In this document: positions 1-9,585 of the stretch, piece by piece
Numbering within the stretch: position 1 is the stretch's first letter
How the letters are laid out: each line of letters opens with the position of its first letter
Assembly (NCBI RefSeq): GCF_900215145.1
Contig: NZ_OBDO01000003.1
Span: 239,305-279,304 of the forward strand
Source: Geodermatophilus sabuli
GTDB taxonomy: Bacteria > Actinomycetota > Actinomycetes > Mycobacteriales > Geodermatophilaceae
DNA length: 40,000 nucleotides
Direction of reading: 5' to 3'
The notes under the pieces: model-generated
The model's input: only the letters and a program-made list of their open reading frames with translations
Told to the model about the DNA's origin: nothing
Databases searched by the model: none
Program-made: the position numbers and the translations under genes

Positions 1-72
1 CTGATTGCCCTGCCGTACCAACAGCGACTCGAGGAAGACGCGCCGGGCCGCGGTGCGGAGGAGGCACTCACG

Positions 73-1479
73 ATGAGCGGGTCGTCCAGTGGCGTCGACG
101 GTCGGGACGAGGCGAGCACGTCGCCCGAGCGGACGCTCACGAGTCAGGTCATCGCGCGCGTCCGGAGCATCGACCACCGCCGCGAGGACGTCGTCACGAG
201 TGCGCTCCACTGCATCCTCGACACCCTCGGCGTCGCGATCGGCGGTGTGCACGAGCCGGTGACCACGAACGTGCGGGCCGAGGCGCTCGACGAGGGCGGC
301 GCGCCGCGCGCGACACTGTGGGGCACCGGCGAGCGGGTGTCCCGGCCGCAGGCGGCCCTGGTGAACGGCACCGCCGCGCACGCCCTCGACTTCGACGACG
401 TCAGCGCCCTCATGGAGGGCCACCCCTCGGCACCCCTCCTGCCCGCACTCCTGGCGGTCGCCGAGGGAGCCGGCACCACCGGCGAGCAGCTCGTGGGCGC
501 ATTCGTGGCGGGGTTCGAGACCGAGGCGTTGGTCGGTCGACTGATGTCCCCTTCGCACTACGCCCGCGGTTTCCACGCGACGGCGACCGTCGGCGCCTTC
601 GGAGCGGCGGCAGCCGGAGCGCACGTGCTCGGGCTGGACGAGCGCGCGTGGGCGCACGCCTTCGGGATCGCCGGATCGCGCGCTGCCGGCCTCAAGTCGA
701 TGTTCGGCACGATGTCCAAGCCCCTGCAGGTCGGGGTCGCGGCGGAGAACGGGCTTCGGGCAGCCACCTTGGCTGCCCGGGGGGTCACGGCACATCCCGA
801 CGTCCTCGGGACGGCTCAGGGCTTCCGGGACACGCAGTCCGACGCCGGCGGCACTCCGGCGGCGTGGGGCTGGACCGGGCCGGCCGTCACCGACGTCCTG
901 TTCAAGTACCACGCCGCGTGCTACCTGACGCACTCGGCCATCGAGGGCGGACTGTCCATGCGTTCCGCCGGCGTGACGCCGGAGCACGTGGAGTCCGTCG
1001 ACGTGCTGGTGCCGGCCGGGCATCTCCGGGTGTGCGACATCGCGGAGCCCTCGACCCCGCTCGAGGGCAAGTTCAGCCTGCGCTTCACCACCGCCATGGC
1101 GCTCGTGACCGGCGACCTGACCGAGCAGGCCTTCACCCCGGCCTCGCTCGCGGACCCGGTCGTCGTGGCGCTGCGCGACCGCGTCCGGGTCAGCGCCCGC
1201 ACCGACAGCGACAGCCGGTCCTCCATCGTTCGGGTGACCTGCACGGACGGGACCGAGCGCGTCGCGGAGGTCGACGTCAACCGGCCGACCCCCGCGGGCC
1301 AGTTGGACCGGCGCTGGGTCTCGCTGGTCACCAAGTTCCACTCGCTCGTCGACCCCGTGGTGGGTGCGAACGCGGCCGACCGCATCGTGGCGGAGGTCGC
1401 CGGGCTCCCGACCGCGGGCAGCGTCGAGCCGCTCCTCCGCGCGGTCGCCGGGGAGGCCGGCGGCACACCCGGCCGCTGA
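73..1479 (+). CDS. MmgE/PrpD family protein (2-methylcitrate dehydratase-like)
   Basis: The 468-aa ORF has a length and N-terminal pattern (..HCILDTLGVAIGG.., ..NGTAAHALDFDD..) typical of MmgE/PrpD. A GGAGGAGG SD lies about 8 nt upstream of the ATG at 73. The frame is open back to position 1, so an upstream start cannot be excluded. Confidence 0.85.
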   Translation: MSGSSSGVDGRDEASTSPERTLTSQVIARVRSIDHRREDVVTSALHCILDTLGVAIGGVHEPVTTNVRAEALDEGGAPRATLWGTGERVSRPQAALVNGTAAHALDFDDVSALMEGHPSAPLLPALLAVAEGAGTTGEQLVGAFVAGFETEALVGRLMSPSHYARGFHATATVGAFGAAAAGAHVLGLDERAWAHAFGIAGSRAAGLKSMFGTMSKPLQVGVAAENGLRAATLAARGVTAHPDVLGTAQGFRDTQSDAGGTPAAWGWTGPAVTDVLFKYHAACYLTHSAIEGGLSMRSAGVTPEHVESVDVLVPAGHLRVCDIAEPSTPLEGKFSLRFTTAMALVTGDLTEQAFTPASLADPVVVALRDRVRVSARTDSDSRSSIVRVTCTDGTERVAEVDVNRPTPAGQLDRRWVSLVTKFHSLVDPVVGANAADRIVAEVAGLPTAGSVEPLLRAVAGEAGGTPGR

Positions 1480-1489
1480 GACGGCAGAC

Positions 1490-1981
1490 CTACTCGAACG
1501 GGCCGACGACGCAGGCGTGCGCGAACCCGTGGACGCGGGTGGTGCTCGTCGTCTCCAGGCTGACCCCGCGGACCCTGGTGCCGGGTGAGCGGGCCGCGCC
1601 GCAGTCGCAGACGATCCTCCCCGGCAGACGAAGGCCACAGTCCAGGTCCACGGCGCCCGTGAGGTACGGCGTCAGCTCCAGCCACGGTGGCTCGAGCCCG
1701 ATCCGGGGCATGCCCTCGGTCGGACGGGCGTTCTCGACGACCACGTTGACGCTCCCCCGCGTGTCGATCGCCTCCCAGGCGAACTCGGGGCTTAGGCAGG
1801 AGTGGCACACGGGGGCCACCGGAAACCGCAGCGTCCGGCACCCGCCGCAGCGCTGCAGGGACAGCTCACCGGCGGCGATGGAGCTCCAGAACGGTTCGAT
1901 CTCCGGATGCACCAGCGGCGCGAGCCCGCGGCCACGACCCGCCAGCGGGATGAGTCCGGTCGCGCCCGTGTGCGTCGACAT
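1490..1981 (-). CDS. Zn-ribbon / OB-fold protein (DUF35 family)
   Basis: This is the last 163 aa of the 1490..3388 ORF, starting at MSTHTGATG (cat at 1979-1981). It has a CGGC...x..CHSC zinc-ribbon followed by an OB-fold-like tail. It starts 2 nt after the stop of the upstream thiolase-like gene. Confidence 0.8.
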   Translation of the reverse strand: MSTHTGATGLIPLAGRGRGLAPLVHPEIEPFWSSIAAGELSLQRCGGCRTLRFPVAPVCHSCLSPEFAWEAIDTRGSVNVVVENARPTEGMPRIGLEPPWLELTPYLTGAVDLDCGLRLPGRIVCDCGAARSPGTRVRGVSLETTSTTRVHGFAHACVVGPFE

Positions 1982-1983
1982 GG

Positions 1984-3195
1984 TCAAACCCTCTCGTTCG
2001 TGAGGATCAGCGAGTCGCCCCAGCCGTTGGCCCACTGCAGGGCGGCCGCACCGTCGACCTGTCGGTCGCCGGCGGCACCGCGGAGCTGACGGGTCATCTC
2101 GATGATGTGCCCGTAGCCGAACAGGTGGCCCTCGGCCAGCAGACCCCCGTTGGTGTTGATCGGCAGCGGCGAATCGATGTCCATGCCCCGCTCGCGGACG
2201 AGTGCTGCCGCCTCCCCCGGGCCGCAGAAGCCCCACCGCTCGAGGGCCATCCACACCATGTGGGCGAAGGGGTCGTACAGGTAGAGCGCGTCGATGTCGT
2301 CGCGGCTGATGCCCGCCATGCCGTAGACCGGTGACGTCGGGGGCGCCACGTAGTCGTAGACGGGGCTCACCCCCGAGCCGAGCCCGGGGCGGGAGAAGAA
2401 GACGTAGTTGTCCCGGCTGGCGTGTATCCCCTCGATCCCCGCGATGCGGACGAAGGGCACGTCGAGGTCGGCCGCGCGCTCGGACGTCGTGACGAGGAGC
2501 GTGGTCGCCCCGTCCATCATCGTGCAGATGTCGGGAACGCGCAGTGGTCCCATGACCGGGGGCTCGACCAGGTACTCCTCCGTGGTGAGCGGCGTGTCGC
2601 GCAGGAGCGCGAGCGGGTTCCGCGCGGCGTGCCGACGGTGGCCGACCGCGACGGCCGCGAGGTCGGCAGCGCTCGCGCCGTAGTGGTCCAGGTACTGCTG
2701 GGCGACCATGGCCGCCCCGGTACCGGCGCCAGGGCTGCCGTGCACGCTCCACCCGCCGTACGGGCCGCCGCCGTCGCGGAAACTCTCGTCGAGGCGGTTG
2801 TTGATGGCGGCGAAGTGCCGGCCGTAGCCGCGCTCCGAGACGTGGGCATTGGCCACGGCGACGCAGTCGGCCACTCCCCCGGACACCGCGAGCGCCGCCT
2901 GGGCCACGGCCGAGGCGGTCCACCGGCCGTGCGACCACAGTTGGCTGACCCACCGCACGTCCAGCCCGGCCGCGATGACGAACTCGTCGTAGTCGACGCC
3001 GTACGGCGCGCCCCGCGCCGTGACGATCCCGTCCACCGCGCCCTTGTCGAGCCCCGCGTCGTCCAGGGCCGCCTGGAACGCCTCGGACTGCAGCCCCAGC
3101 GGTGTCCTCCCGAGGTCGAGCCCGACGGCTCGACTGGTGCCGACGCCGACGATGCAGGCGTCCAGTGCCATGAGCGTCCTTCCGGAGATGAACAA
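1984..3195 (-). CDS. thiolase-like / SCP-x (lipid-transfer protein, Ltp-type) protein
   Basis: The 403-aa ORF carries ..ACIVGVGTS.. near the N-terminus and NTNGGLLAEGHLFGYGHI in the C-terminal thiolase domain. An alternative start is MALDACIVG at 3171. The gene is paired with the DUF35 gene, as in Ltp2/ChsH2 and BbsAB-type systems. Confidence 0.8.
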   Translation of the reverse strand: MFISGRTLMALDACIVGVGTSRAVGLDLGRTPLGLQSEAFQAALDDAGLDKGAVDGIVTARGAPYGVDYDEFVIAAGLDVRWVSQLWSHGRWTASAVAQAALAVSGGVADCVAVANAHVSERGYGRHFAAINNRLDESFRDGGGPYGGWSVHGSPGAGTGAAMVAQQYLDHYGASAADLAAVAVGHRRHAARNPLALLRDTPLTTEEYLVEPPVMGPLRVPDICTMMDGATTLLVTTSERAADLDVPFVRIAGIEGIHASRDNYVFFSRPGLGSGVSPVYDYVAPPTSPVYGMAGISRDDIDALYLYDPFAHMVWMALERWGFCGPGEAAALVRERGMDIDSPLPINTNGGLLAEGHLFGYGHIIEMTRQLRGAAGDRQVDGAAALQWANGWGDSLILTNERV

Positions 3196-3269
3196 CGGCG
3201 CAGCTTGAGATGAGGTCGTCCACGTATGTCACCGCCCCGCTGTGCGGCAGCCGTCCGACCTCGCCAATC

Positions 3270-3295
3270 CTAGTTGATTGGCTAACAATGTCTAG
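3270..3295. promoter_or_regulatory. AT-rich CTAG-flanked imperfect palindrome upstream of the thiolase-like/DUF35 operon
   Basis: The sequence is CTAGTTGATTGGCTAACAATGTCTAG. It is a local AT-rich island in a ~70% GC background, 75-100 nt upstream of the 3195/3171 start codons. Confidence 0.3.
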
Positions 3296-3362
3296 ACGGC
3301 AGCTCAACGACGCACCGTTCGTCACCGGCCTGCCCGGCGGCCCACCGGACTCGGCGCCGGCC

Positions 3363-4688
3363 TCAGCCGAGGTCGCGCAGCCGGTCACTCGAGGCCTGCC
3401 CGCGGCGGCTGACCACCGCGAACACCCCCGTCACCAGTACGACGGCGAGACCCATGCCGCCCAGAGTCCAGCGCAGGCCCACCGCGTCGGCCAGCACTCC
3501 CAGGGGGAGCGCGGCGATCCCGAAGGCACCCCAGCTCAGCATGATGAGCCCCTGGATGCGCCCGTGGTACTCCATGGCCGACCGTGCGATCAGCACGGAC
3601 TGATCGGTGGTCTGGAACGCCAGCATCGCTCCGCCGACGACGAGCAGAGCGCCGACCGCTACCGCGAACAGCTGTGCGACCGCGAGCGCGCCAAGCGCCA
3701 CCCCGCACGTCGCGCCGGCGACGATCATGACGCGCGTCTCGGAGCGTCGGTACGACCGCCGGCCGAGCAGGAGCCCGGTGACCACGGCGCCGACGGCCGA
3801 TGCGGCCGACAGGATGCCGTAGCCGGCCGACCCGAGGCCGAACAGGTCGCTCGCAACGGTGGGCAGGAAGGCCAGGTAGGGCAGCCCGACGAGCGCCACG
3901 CCGAGGCCGCACAGGAGCGGGGCCAGGAGGTCGGGGCGCCTGCGGACGTAACGGAGGCCGTCAGCCAGCTCGGTCAGCGGCGAGCGATCCGACGCCTCTC
4001 CCACCCGCCGTCCGGGCGGCAGCGCCGCGGTGAGCAGCAGGCCGACGGACGAGAGCATCCCGGTGGCGAGGAACACCGCCGCGGTGCCGAAGCTCAGTGA
4101 GCCGATGACCAGCCCCGCGATCGCGGGTCCGACGACCCTGTTGACCTCGGCGTTGACGAGCAGCAGCGAGACCGCCACGGGGATGGACCCGCGGGGGACC
4201 AGTTCGGCGAGGAAGGCCATCCGCGCGGGGTTGAACAGAGCGAAGCCGACGGCCTGCAGCGCACTCGCGACCAGCAGCATCCAGTACTCGACGACATGAA
4301 CTGCGACCGCGAGCCCGACCCCCGCGCTGCTGACCGCGAGGAGGGACAGGGCGACCTGCAGAACCAGCCGCTTCGGCAGCCGGTCGGCCGCCACCCCGCC
4401 CCAGGGCGTGGCCACCAGCATCGTCACGCCGAACGCGAGCAGGACGCCGCCGAGGGCGGCGTTGGACCCGGTCAGCTCGAATGCCAGCCACCCACGAGCG
4501 ACCGTCTGCGCCATCACGCCGAGGAACACGACGGCGGCACTGACGTAGAGCACCAGGAAGGGCCTGATCCGGAGGATGCCCCAAGGCCCGAGCGGCGGCG
4601 CAGGCTCCGCCCTAGCGAGACCGACGCCTCCGGTCGACGGAAGGGCGGCAGGCTGTGCAGAGCTCCGGGTCCGCGCCGGGGGCTTCAT
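3363..4688 (-). CDS. MFS transporter
   Basis: The 441-aa ORF is hydrophobic throughout and carries an MFS-type GGVAADRLPKR loop after TM2. Its ATG overlaps the upstream LLM stop (ATGA at 4685-4688). Confidence 0.8.
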   Translation of the reverse strand: MKPPARTRSSAQPAALPSTGGVGLARAEPAPPLGPWGILRIRPFLVLYVSAAVVFLGVMAQTVARGWLAFELTGSNAALGGVLLAFGVTMLVATPWGGVAADRLPKRLVLQVALSLLAVSSAGVGLAVAVHVVEYWMLLVASALQAVGFALFNPARMAFLAELVPRGSIPVAVSLLLVNAEVNRVVGPAIAGLVIGSLSFGTAAVFLATGMLSSVGLLLTAALPPGRRVGEASDRSPLTELADGLRYVRRRPDLLAPLLCGLGVALVGLPYLAFLPTVASDLFGLGSAGYGILSAASAVGAVVTGLLLGRRSYRRSETRVMIVAGATCGVALGALAVAQLFAVAVGALLVVGGAMLAFQTTDQSVLIARSAMEYHGRIQGLIMLSWGAFGIAALPLGVLADAVGLRWTLGGMGLAVVLVTGVFAVVSRRGQASSDRLRDLG

Positions 4689-5536
4689 GCGACCCCGCCC
4701 GTCAGCTCCAACGCCCGTCCGAGCTCCCGGTACTCGTCGATGAGTGCACGGCCGGGCCGTGACAGGACTTGGACAGCGACGTGATCGGCACCGCGGGCGT
4801 GATGCTCCGCGAGGCGGGTCGCGACGTCGGCACCGCTGCCGTGCAGGACGAGGTCGTCGATGAGCCGGTCGCTACCTCCGTCAGCCATGTCCTGGTCCGA
4901 GTACCCCAGCGCCTTGAGGCTGTTCAGATAGTCCTGTCGATGCAGGTATGGCTCATCGACGACGGGGCGCCCGATCGAGCGCGCCGATTCGGGATCGGCA
5001 CTGAGGACGACCTTGTGCTCGGCTGCGAGGAAGGCATCCGCGCCCATGAGATCTCGAGCGTGGGCTGTGTGAGCCGGGGTGGTGAGGTAGGGATGCGCCC
5101 CACGTGCCCTTGTCGCCGCGAGAAGCAACATCCGGTCCCCCAGCCCGGCCAGAACTCTGCGGTCGACCGGCACGTGATGCGCGTCGAGCAGGTCCAGATA
5201 CTGGTTCACCGCGGTGCACGGCTTGGCGTAGCGATCCCGGAAGCTCTCACGATGCCCGGCGCCGACGCCGAGCAGGAACCTGCCCGGAATGCGCTCCTCG
5301 AGCCGATGGAACGATCGCGCGACGACATCGGCATCGGTGCTCCACACGTTGACGATCCCGATCGCCACCGCGACCGCCTCCGTGGCCGTGAGCATCTCCT
5401 CAGCGACACGGAGATGGCTGTCCCTCGAACCACCGATCCAGAGGATCCCGTAGCCGGCCGCCTCGAGTTCGGCAGCGAGCTCAGGCGTCCACGCCCGTTC
5501 GACCTGCCACGCGCCAAACGTCGTCACCTTCTCCAT
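4685..5536 (-). CDS. LLM-class (luciferase-like) F420-dependent oxidoreductase
   Basis: The 283-aa ORF has the short LLM architecture (..YGILWIGGS.., ..FLLGVGAGH..) typical of the F420-dependent LLM subclass. Confidence 0.75.
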   Translation of the reverse strand: MEKVTTFGAWQVERAWTPELAAELEAAGYGILWIGGSRDSHLRVAEEMLTATEAVAVAIGIVNVWSTDADVVARSFHRLEERIPGRFLLGVGAGHRESFRDRYAKPCTAVNQYLDLLDAHHVPVDRRVLAGLGDRMLLLAATRARGAHPYLTTPAHTAHARDLMGADAFLAAEHKVVLSADPESARSIGRPVVDEPYLHRQDYLNSLKALGYSDQDMADGGSDRLIDDLVLHGSGADVATRLAEHHARGADHVAVQVLSRPGRALIDEYRELGRALELTGGVA

Positions 5537-5620
5537 GGGTCCTCCCCTCTCCGTTCCGTGCGATGACGACGTCCTCCGGCGACGGGCCGGAAGGTGACGT
5601 GGCAGGTGCTGGCTACTGGC

Positions 5621-7819
5621 TCACGGATCGAGCTTCTCCATGCGGACGGGGACCCCGTTGAGGATGGACATCCCCGCGATGGCCTCGACGTCGTCGGGGC
5701 TCACGAGATCATTGCTGTTGACGCCCCCGAATGAGTTCGAGCGCGTCCATGAGCCACCCTTGTGCCCCCAACCATTGGGCACGCTCACCACGCCCGGTCT
5801 GATGGTGTCGACGACGGCGATCGGCACCACGATGGATCCCGACCTGGACACGAGTCGGACGTCGGCGCCATCGCGCACCCCACAGGTTGCTGCGTCAGTC
5901 GCGTGTACGTGAGCCGCGAACCGGTACTCATCGGGATAGATGAGGCTCGCATTGTGCATCCACGTGTTCTGCGATCCCTTTTCCCGACGTCCGATCAGGC
6001 GCAGCGGCCATTCGTCGTCCGGCTCCGCGTAGTGACGCAGGGTCGCGACCTCCGACCGGAGCTGATCCGAGAACAGCTGCACGCACCCGTCCCGTGTCGG
6101 TAGACCACCGGTGAGTCTGCCGACCGGCACGGTGTCCCGAAGCGCGATCCCGTTGGGATGGTCGGTCACGAGGTCCTCGAACGTGAGCGCGTCCACGGGA
6201 CCGTTCGCGAGCAGCCGATCGATGAGCTCGACCGGTGTCGGCCGTGCTCCCCGGGCATGGGCAGCGGCTTCGAGCTCCTTGTCGGGGCAGGATCCTCCCA
6301 GCCCCATCCGGCGAGAGACCTCGTCGAAGACCCACCACGAGTCTCGGGCCTGGCCCACGGGCGGGATGACCGCGCGCGTCGCGTACGCCGTCGGACGCAG
6401 TTGCATGTTCCCGGTGGTGACCGGATAGTCGCTGCGCTCGTACATGGTCGTCGCGGGAAGCAGGACGTGCGCGAAGCGGTTCGTCTCGTTCATGTAGAGG
6501 TCCAGGGCCATGCTGAAGTCCAGCTCCTGCAGCGCAGCCTCCAACCGACCGCCTCCACCGCCGCTGGTCAGGACCGAGTTGTTGCCGTAGACGACGAGCG
6601 CCCTGATCCGGTCCTCCCCCGGACAAGTGATGTCGGCGGCCAGACCAGCACTCGGCAGGCCGCCGGCGACCTCCGGCCGCCCCTCGACCCGGCTTCGCCG
6701 GCTGCCGGACCTCGGGCCGGGAGTCGCGGGAGTCAGGTCGATGGCCGCCCAGCCGGCCAGTAGTCCGCCGACCCGGTCGATGTTCCCGGTGAGCGCCAGG
6801 ATGGTGTCCTGCAGGACGTTGGTCAGGGTGCCGAATCGCTGGGCGCAGGTGCCCGTTCCCCCGTAGACGATCGCCGAGCCCGCCGCGATGAACGCCCGGC
6901 CCACCTGGACCAGCGTCTCACGGTCGGTGCCGCACCTGTCCGCACAGTCATCGAGATCGAAGCTCGCTGCCAGAGCGGCGAATTCTCGACGGCCCGAGAC
7001 CGGTGCCCCGCGCTCGGACAGCGCAGTTGCTTCGTCGCTCTCGCAGATGACCTTGCAGACACCCATGAGGAACCAGGGATCGGTGCCGGGGCGAATACCG
7101 ATGTGCTCGTAGCGGTCCGCGGTGACGGTGCGACGTGGGTCGACGACGAGCACGCGACCGCCACGGGCGATGATCGCATCGAAGGCCTCGCGGGTCTGGG
7201 GTTCGCTCACCCTCGTACTGCGCGCTTGCAACGGGTTGGCGCCGATGATCAGGGCCAGATCCGTGTGCCACAGGTCGGGCCGGGGGAACCGGCTGACGTC
7301 GCCGTACAGCGCCTCGTTCGCCGTCAGCCGGGCGGCGCCGTCCTCGGCGTTGATCGTGTAGGTGCGGCTGATACCCAGCGCTGCGGAGAATCCTCGACCC
7401 CACAGGACGCCGCCCGAGTCGAAGAACGGCGGGTTGCCTCGGAGCATGGCTATGGCCTCGGGGCCGTGCTCGTCCCGCACTGCGGACAGGCGGGCTGTGC
7501 ACAGGTCGAGCGCTTCGTCCCAGCTGATCGGGGAGAACTCTCCCGGTGGTCCGGTCCGCACCATCGGTGCGGTGATCCGGTCAGGGTCGTAGGTGAGCTC
7601 CACGAGCCCCTGGGGTTTGTTGCACGAGAACCCTCGCGAATGGACGTGCTCGGAGTTGGGGCGGACGCGCACGAGGCGGTCGCCATTCAACTCGGCGATG
7701 AGTCCGCAGCACGCCTCGCATATCCGGCAATAGGTGGACGTCGACGTCGTCCGCGCGCGCAGGAGGGAGTTCCGCGCTTCGGGCAGTTGGGACGGGGGCG
7801 GCAGCGGGGACTCGGCCAT
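5621..7819 (-). CDS. molybdopterin (MopB family) oxidoreductase, cytoplasmic
   Basis: The 732-aa ORF has an N-terminal Cys cluster (YCRICEACCG...GFSCNK) consistent with a 4Fe-4S site. MopB-like and C-terminal beta-barrel-like regions follow. There is no twin-arginine signal. It starts 7 nt after the stop of the FprB-like gene. Confidence 0.85.
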   Translation of the reverse strand: MAESPLPPPSQLPEARNSLLRARTTSTSTYCRICEACCGLIAELNGDRLVRVRPNSEHVHSRGFSCNKPQGLVELTYDPDRITAPMVRTGPPGEFSPISWDEALDLCTARLSAVRDEHGPEAIAMLRGNPPFFDSGGVLWGRGFSAALGISRTYTINAEDGAARLTANEALYGDVSRFPRPDLWHTDLALIIGANPLQARSTRVSEPQTREAFDAIIARGGRVLVVDPRRTVTADRYEHIGIRPGTDPWFLMGVCKVICESDEATALSERGAPVSGRREFAALAASFDLDDCADRCGTDRETLVQVGRAFIAAGSAIVYGGTGTCAQRFGTLTNVLQDTILALTGNIDRVGGLLAGWAAIDLTPATPGPRSGSRRSRVEGRPEVAGGLPSAGLAADITCPGEDRIRALVVYGNNSVLTSGGGGGRLEAALQELDFSMALDLYMNETNRFAHVLLPATTMYERSDYPVTTGNMQLRPTAYATRAVIPPVGQARDSWWVFDEVSRRMGLGGSCPDKELEAAAHARGARPTPVELIDRLLANGPVDALTFEDLVTDHPNGIALRDTVPVGRLTGGLPTRDGCVQLFSDQLRSEVATLRHYAEPDDEWPLRLIGRREKGSQNTWMHNASLIYPDEYRFAAHVHATDAATCGVRDGADVRLVSRSGSIVVPIAVVDTIRPGVVSVPNGWGHKGGSWTRSNSFGGVNSNDLVSPDDVEAIAGMSILNGVPVRMEKLDP

Positions 7820-7825
7820 GTGTCC

Positions 7826-9511
7826 TCAGACCCTGGATGCCGGAACGGGGGCGAGGAGCGACTCGTCTGTCGCGGCGGCGTCCGCGAGGCCGGCGGCGCT
7901 GAGCATCGTCTCGACCCGGACCAGTTTGCGCCGCGGCCGGGGCGGGACGGCCGAGCGACCCTCCTCCCGCTCCCGGTCGTCGATGGCTCGCCAGCCAGTG
8001 AGACCGACGACGCGCGGCTGGCGCGCACGGATCGTGGCGTCCAGGGCGTCGCTCGAGACCGCCGGAGTGGCCAGTCGACCGGCTCGCAGGTCGGCGACCA
8101 CCGCGTCGACCGTCTCCCTCGAGCAGACCTTGTTGGTCCCGATGACCCCGGACGGCCCTCGCTTGGCCCAACCGACGCAGTAGAGGCCCGGAACCACCCG
8201 GTCGGTGCCCTCCTCCACCAGCCGTCCCTCCACGTGCGCGAGAGTCCTGGTCGAGTGGTCGTACGGGAGGCCGGCGACAGGTGCGACCTCGTAGCCCACC
8301 GCGCGGAGCACCAGACCGGTGCGGATCACCTCGAGGGGCGCGTCGGCCGAGCCCGTCGGGCGCAGGCGGAGCGAGTCGACCGCGGCCGTCCCCGAGATCT
8401 GGACCGGCTGGACGCCGAACCGGAACGTGATGCGGCGGGCATCCGGGTGTCGCGGTGCGTCATCGCGCGCCAGTTGACGGAACAAGTCCAGCTTGCGTCG
8501 TCGGCTCGCTGACATGGACCGGCCCTGGTCGCGTGCGACGTCGTCGTGCAGCACCCGCACGTCGACCCCCCGCATCCGGCTCAGCTCCAGCAGCTCCGGA
8601 AACGTGCAGGCGGCGTCGGCCGGGCCGCGTCTTCCGGCGATCACGACCTCGCGGATGTTGCTGGAACGAAACGCCTCGACGGCGTGCTCGGCCATGTCCG
8701 TCGTGGCCAGCAGCTCAGCTGGGCGGGTGAGCACGCGGGCGACGTCCAGGGCGACGTTCCCGTTGCCCAGCACGACTGCCGTGTCACCGCTCAGGTCGAA
8801 GGTCCTGTCGGCGAAGTCGGGGTGCCCGTTGTACCAGGACACGAACTCGCGGGCGGAGTGGCAGCCGGGCAGCGCCTCGCCGTCGATCCCGAGCTTCCTG
8901 TCGTCAGCCGCACCGCCGGCATGGATCACGGCGTGGTGGCTCGCGCGGAGATCGGCGAGCGTGATGTCGGTGCCCACCTCCACGTTCAGGTAGCAGGTCA
9001 CGTTCGGCCGCTCGAGCACGGACTGGAAGTGGTCGCTGACGAGCTTGGTGTCGGGGTGGTCGGGCGCTACACCGAACCGGACGAGACCGAACGGCGTGGG
9101 CTGGCGATCGAACACCGTGACCTCGATACCGCGCACCGCGCTCAGCGCCTCGATCGCGTAGCACCCTGACGGGCCGGTCCCGATCACCGCCACTTTCCCC
9201 CGGAGCGGGGCGGTCGCGGATCGTGCCGGCGCGGGCAGAAATCGTGGGGCCAGCGGCTGGTCGACGAAGTAGTCGCGGTTGAGCGCGACGAAGTCAGTCA
9301 GGTGAGCCGGGGGGTCCAGCTCGTCATGGATGGCCGAGACCGGGCAGGCGTACATGCAGGCCGAGCAGCCGATGCACGCGTCCGGGTCGATGTAGAGCTG
9401 CTCGGCCGTCCGGAACGCCGGGTCCTCGGGATGCGGCCGGATGCAGTCGACCGGGCAGACGTCGACGCAGGAGGCGTCGTTGCAGCAACCGGTGGTGACG
9501 ACAAAGGCCAC
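7826..9511 (-). CDS. ferredoxin-NADP(+) reductase fused to an N-terminal 2x[Fe-S] ferredoxin domain (FprB-like)
   Basis: The 561-aa ORF uses a GTG start at 9511. The N-terminus (CCNDASCVDVCPVDCI ... CIGCSACMYACP) is a bacterial ferredoxin. It is followed by GKVAVIGTGPSGCYA (FAD Rossmann) and an adrenodoxin-reductase-like body. Confidence 0.85.
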   Translation of the reverse strand: MAFVVTTGCCNDASCVDVCPVDCIRPHPEDPAFRTAEQLYIDPDACIGCSACMYACPVSAIHDELDPPAHLTDFVALNRDYFVDQPLAPRFLPAPARSATAPLRGKVAVIGTGPSGCYAIEALSAVRGIEVTVFDRQPTPFGLVRFGVAPDHPDTKLVSDHFQSVLERPNVTCYLNVEVGTDITLADLRASHHAVIHAGGAADDRKLGIDGEALPGCHSAREFVSWYNGHPDFADRTFDLSGDTAVVLGNGNVALDVARVLTRPAELLATTDMAEHAVEAFRSSNIREVVIAGRRGPADAACTFPELLELSRMRGVDVRVLHDDVARDQGRSMSASRRRKLDLFRQLARDDAPRHPDARRITFRFGVQPVQISGTAAVDSLRLRPTGSADAPLEVIRTGLVLRAVGYEVAPVAGLPYDHSTRTLAHVEGRLVEEGTDRVVPGLYCVGWAKRGPSGVIGTNKVCSRETVDAVVADLRAGRLATPAVSSDALDATIRARQPRVVGLTGWRAIDDREREEGRSAVPPRPRRKLVRVETMLSAAGLADAAATDESLLAPVPASRV

Positions 9512-9585
9512 GGCTCACCGCTCTCGTTCGGTCGGGTCCTGAGCGGCTCGGCCCTCGGGGCGACGGAGCAGCGCGACCGCCGACC

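Noticed and set aside
318-2003. 561-aa plus-strand ORF overlapping the PrpD-like gene and running antisense into the DUF35 gene
   Set aside because: The translation is Arg/Pro/Gly-rich and low in complexity, with no recognisable motifs. It is an alternative frame of a well-supported gene, a typical high-GC long-ORF artefact.
1982-3388. N-terminal ~470 aa of the 632-aa minus-strand ORF 1490..3388
   Set aside because: It is out of frame over the thiolase-like gene and Arg-rich. Only the last 163 aa (the DUF35 protein, with its own ATG) look real.
7103-8512. 469-aa plus-strand ORF antisense to the Mo-oxidoreductase and FprB-like genes
   Set aside because: It has no motifs and antisense-type composition. 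It spans a gene boundary on the opposite strand.
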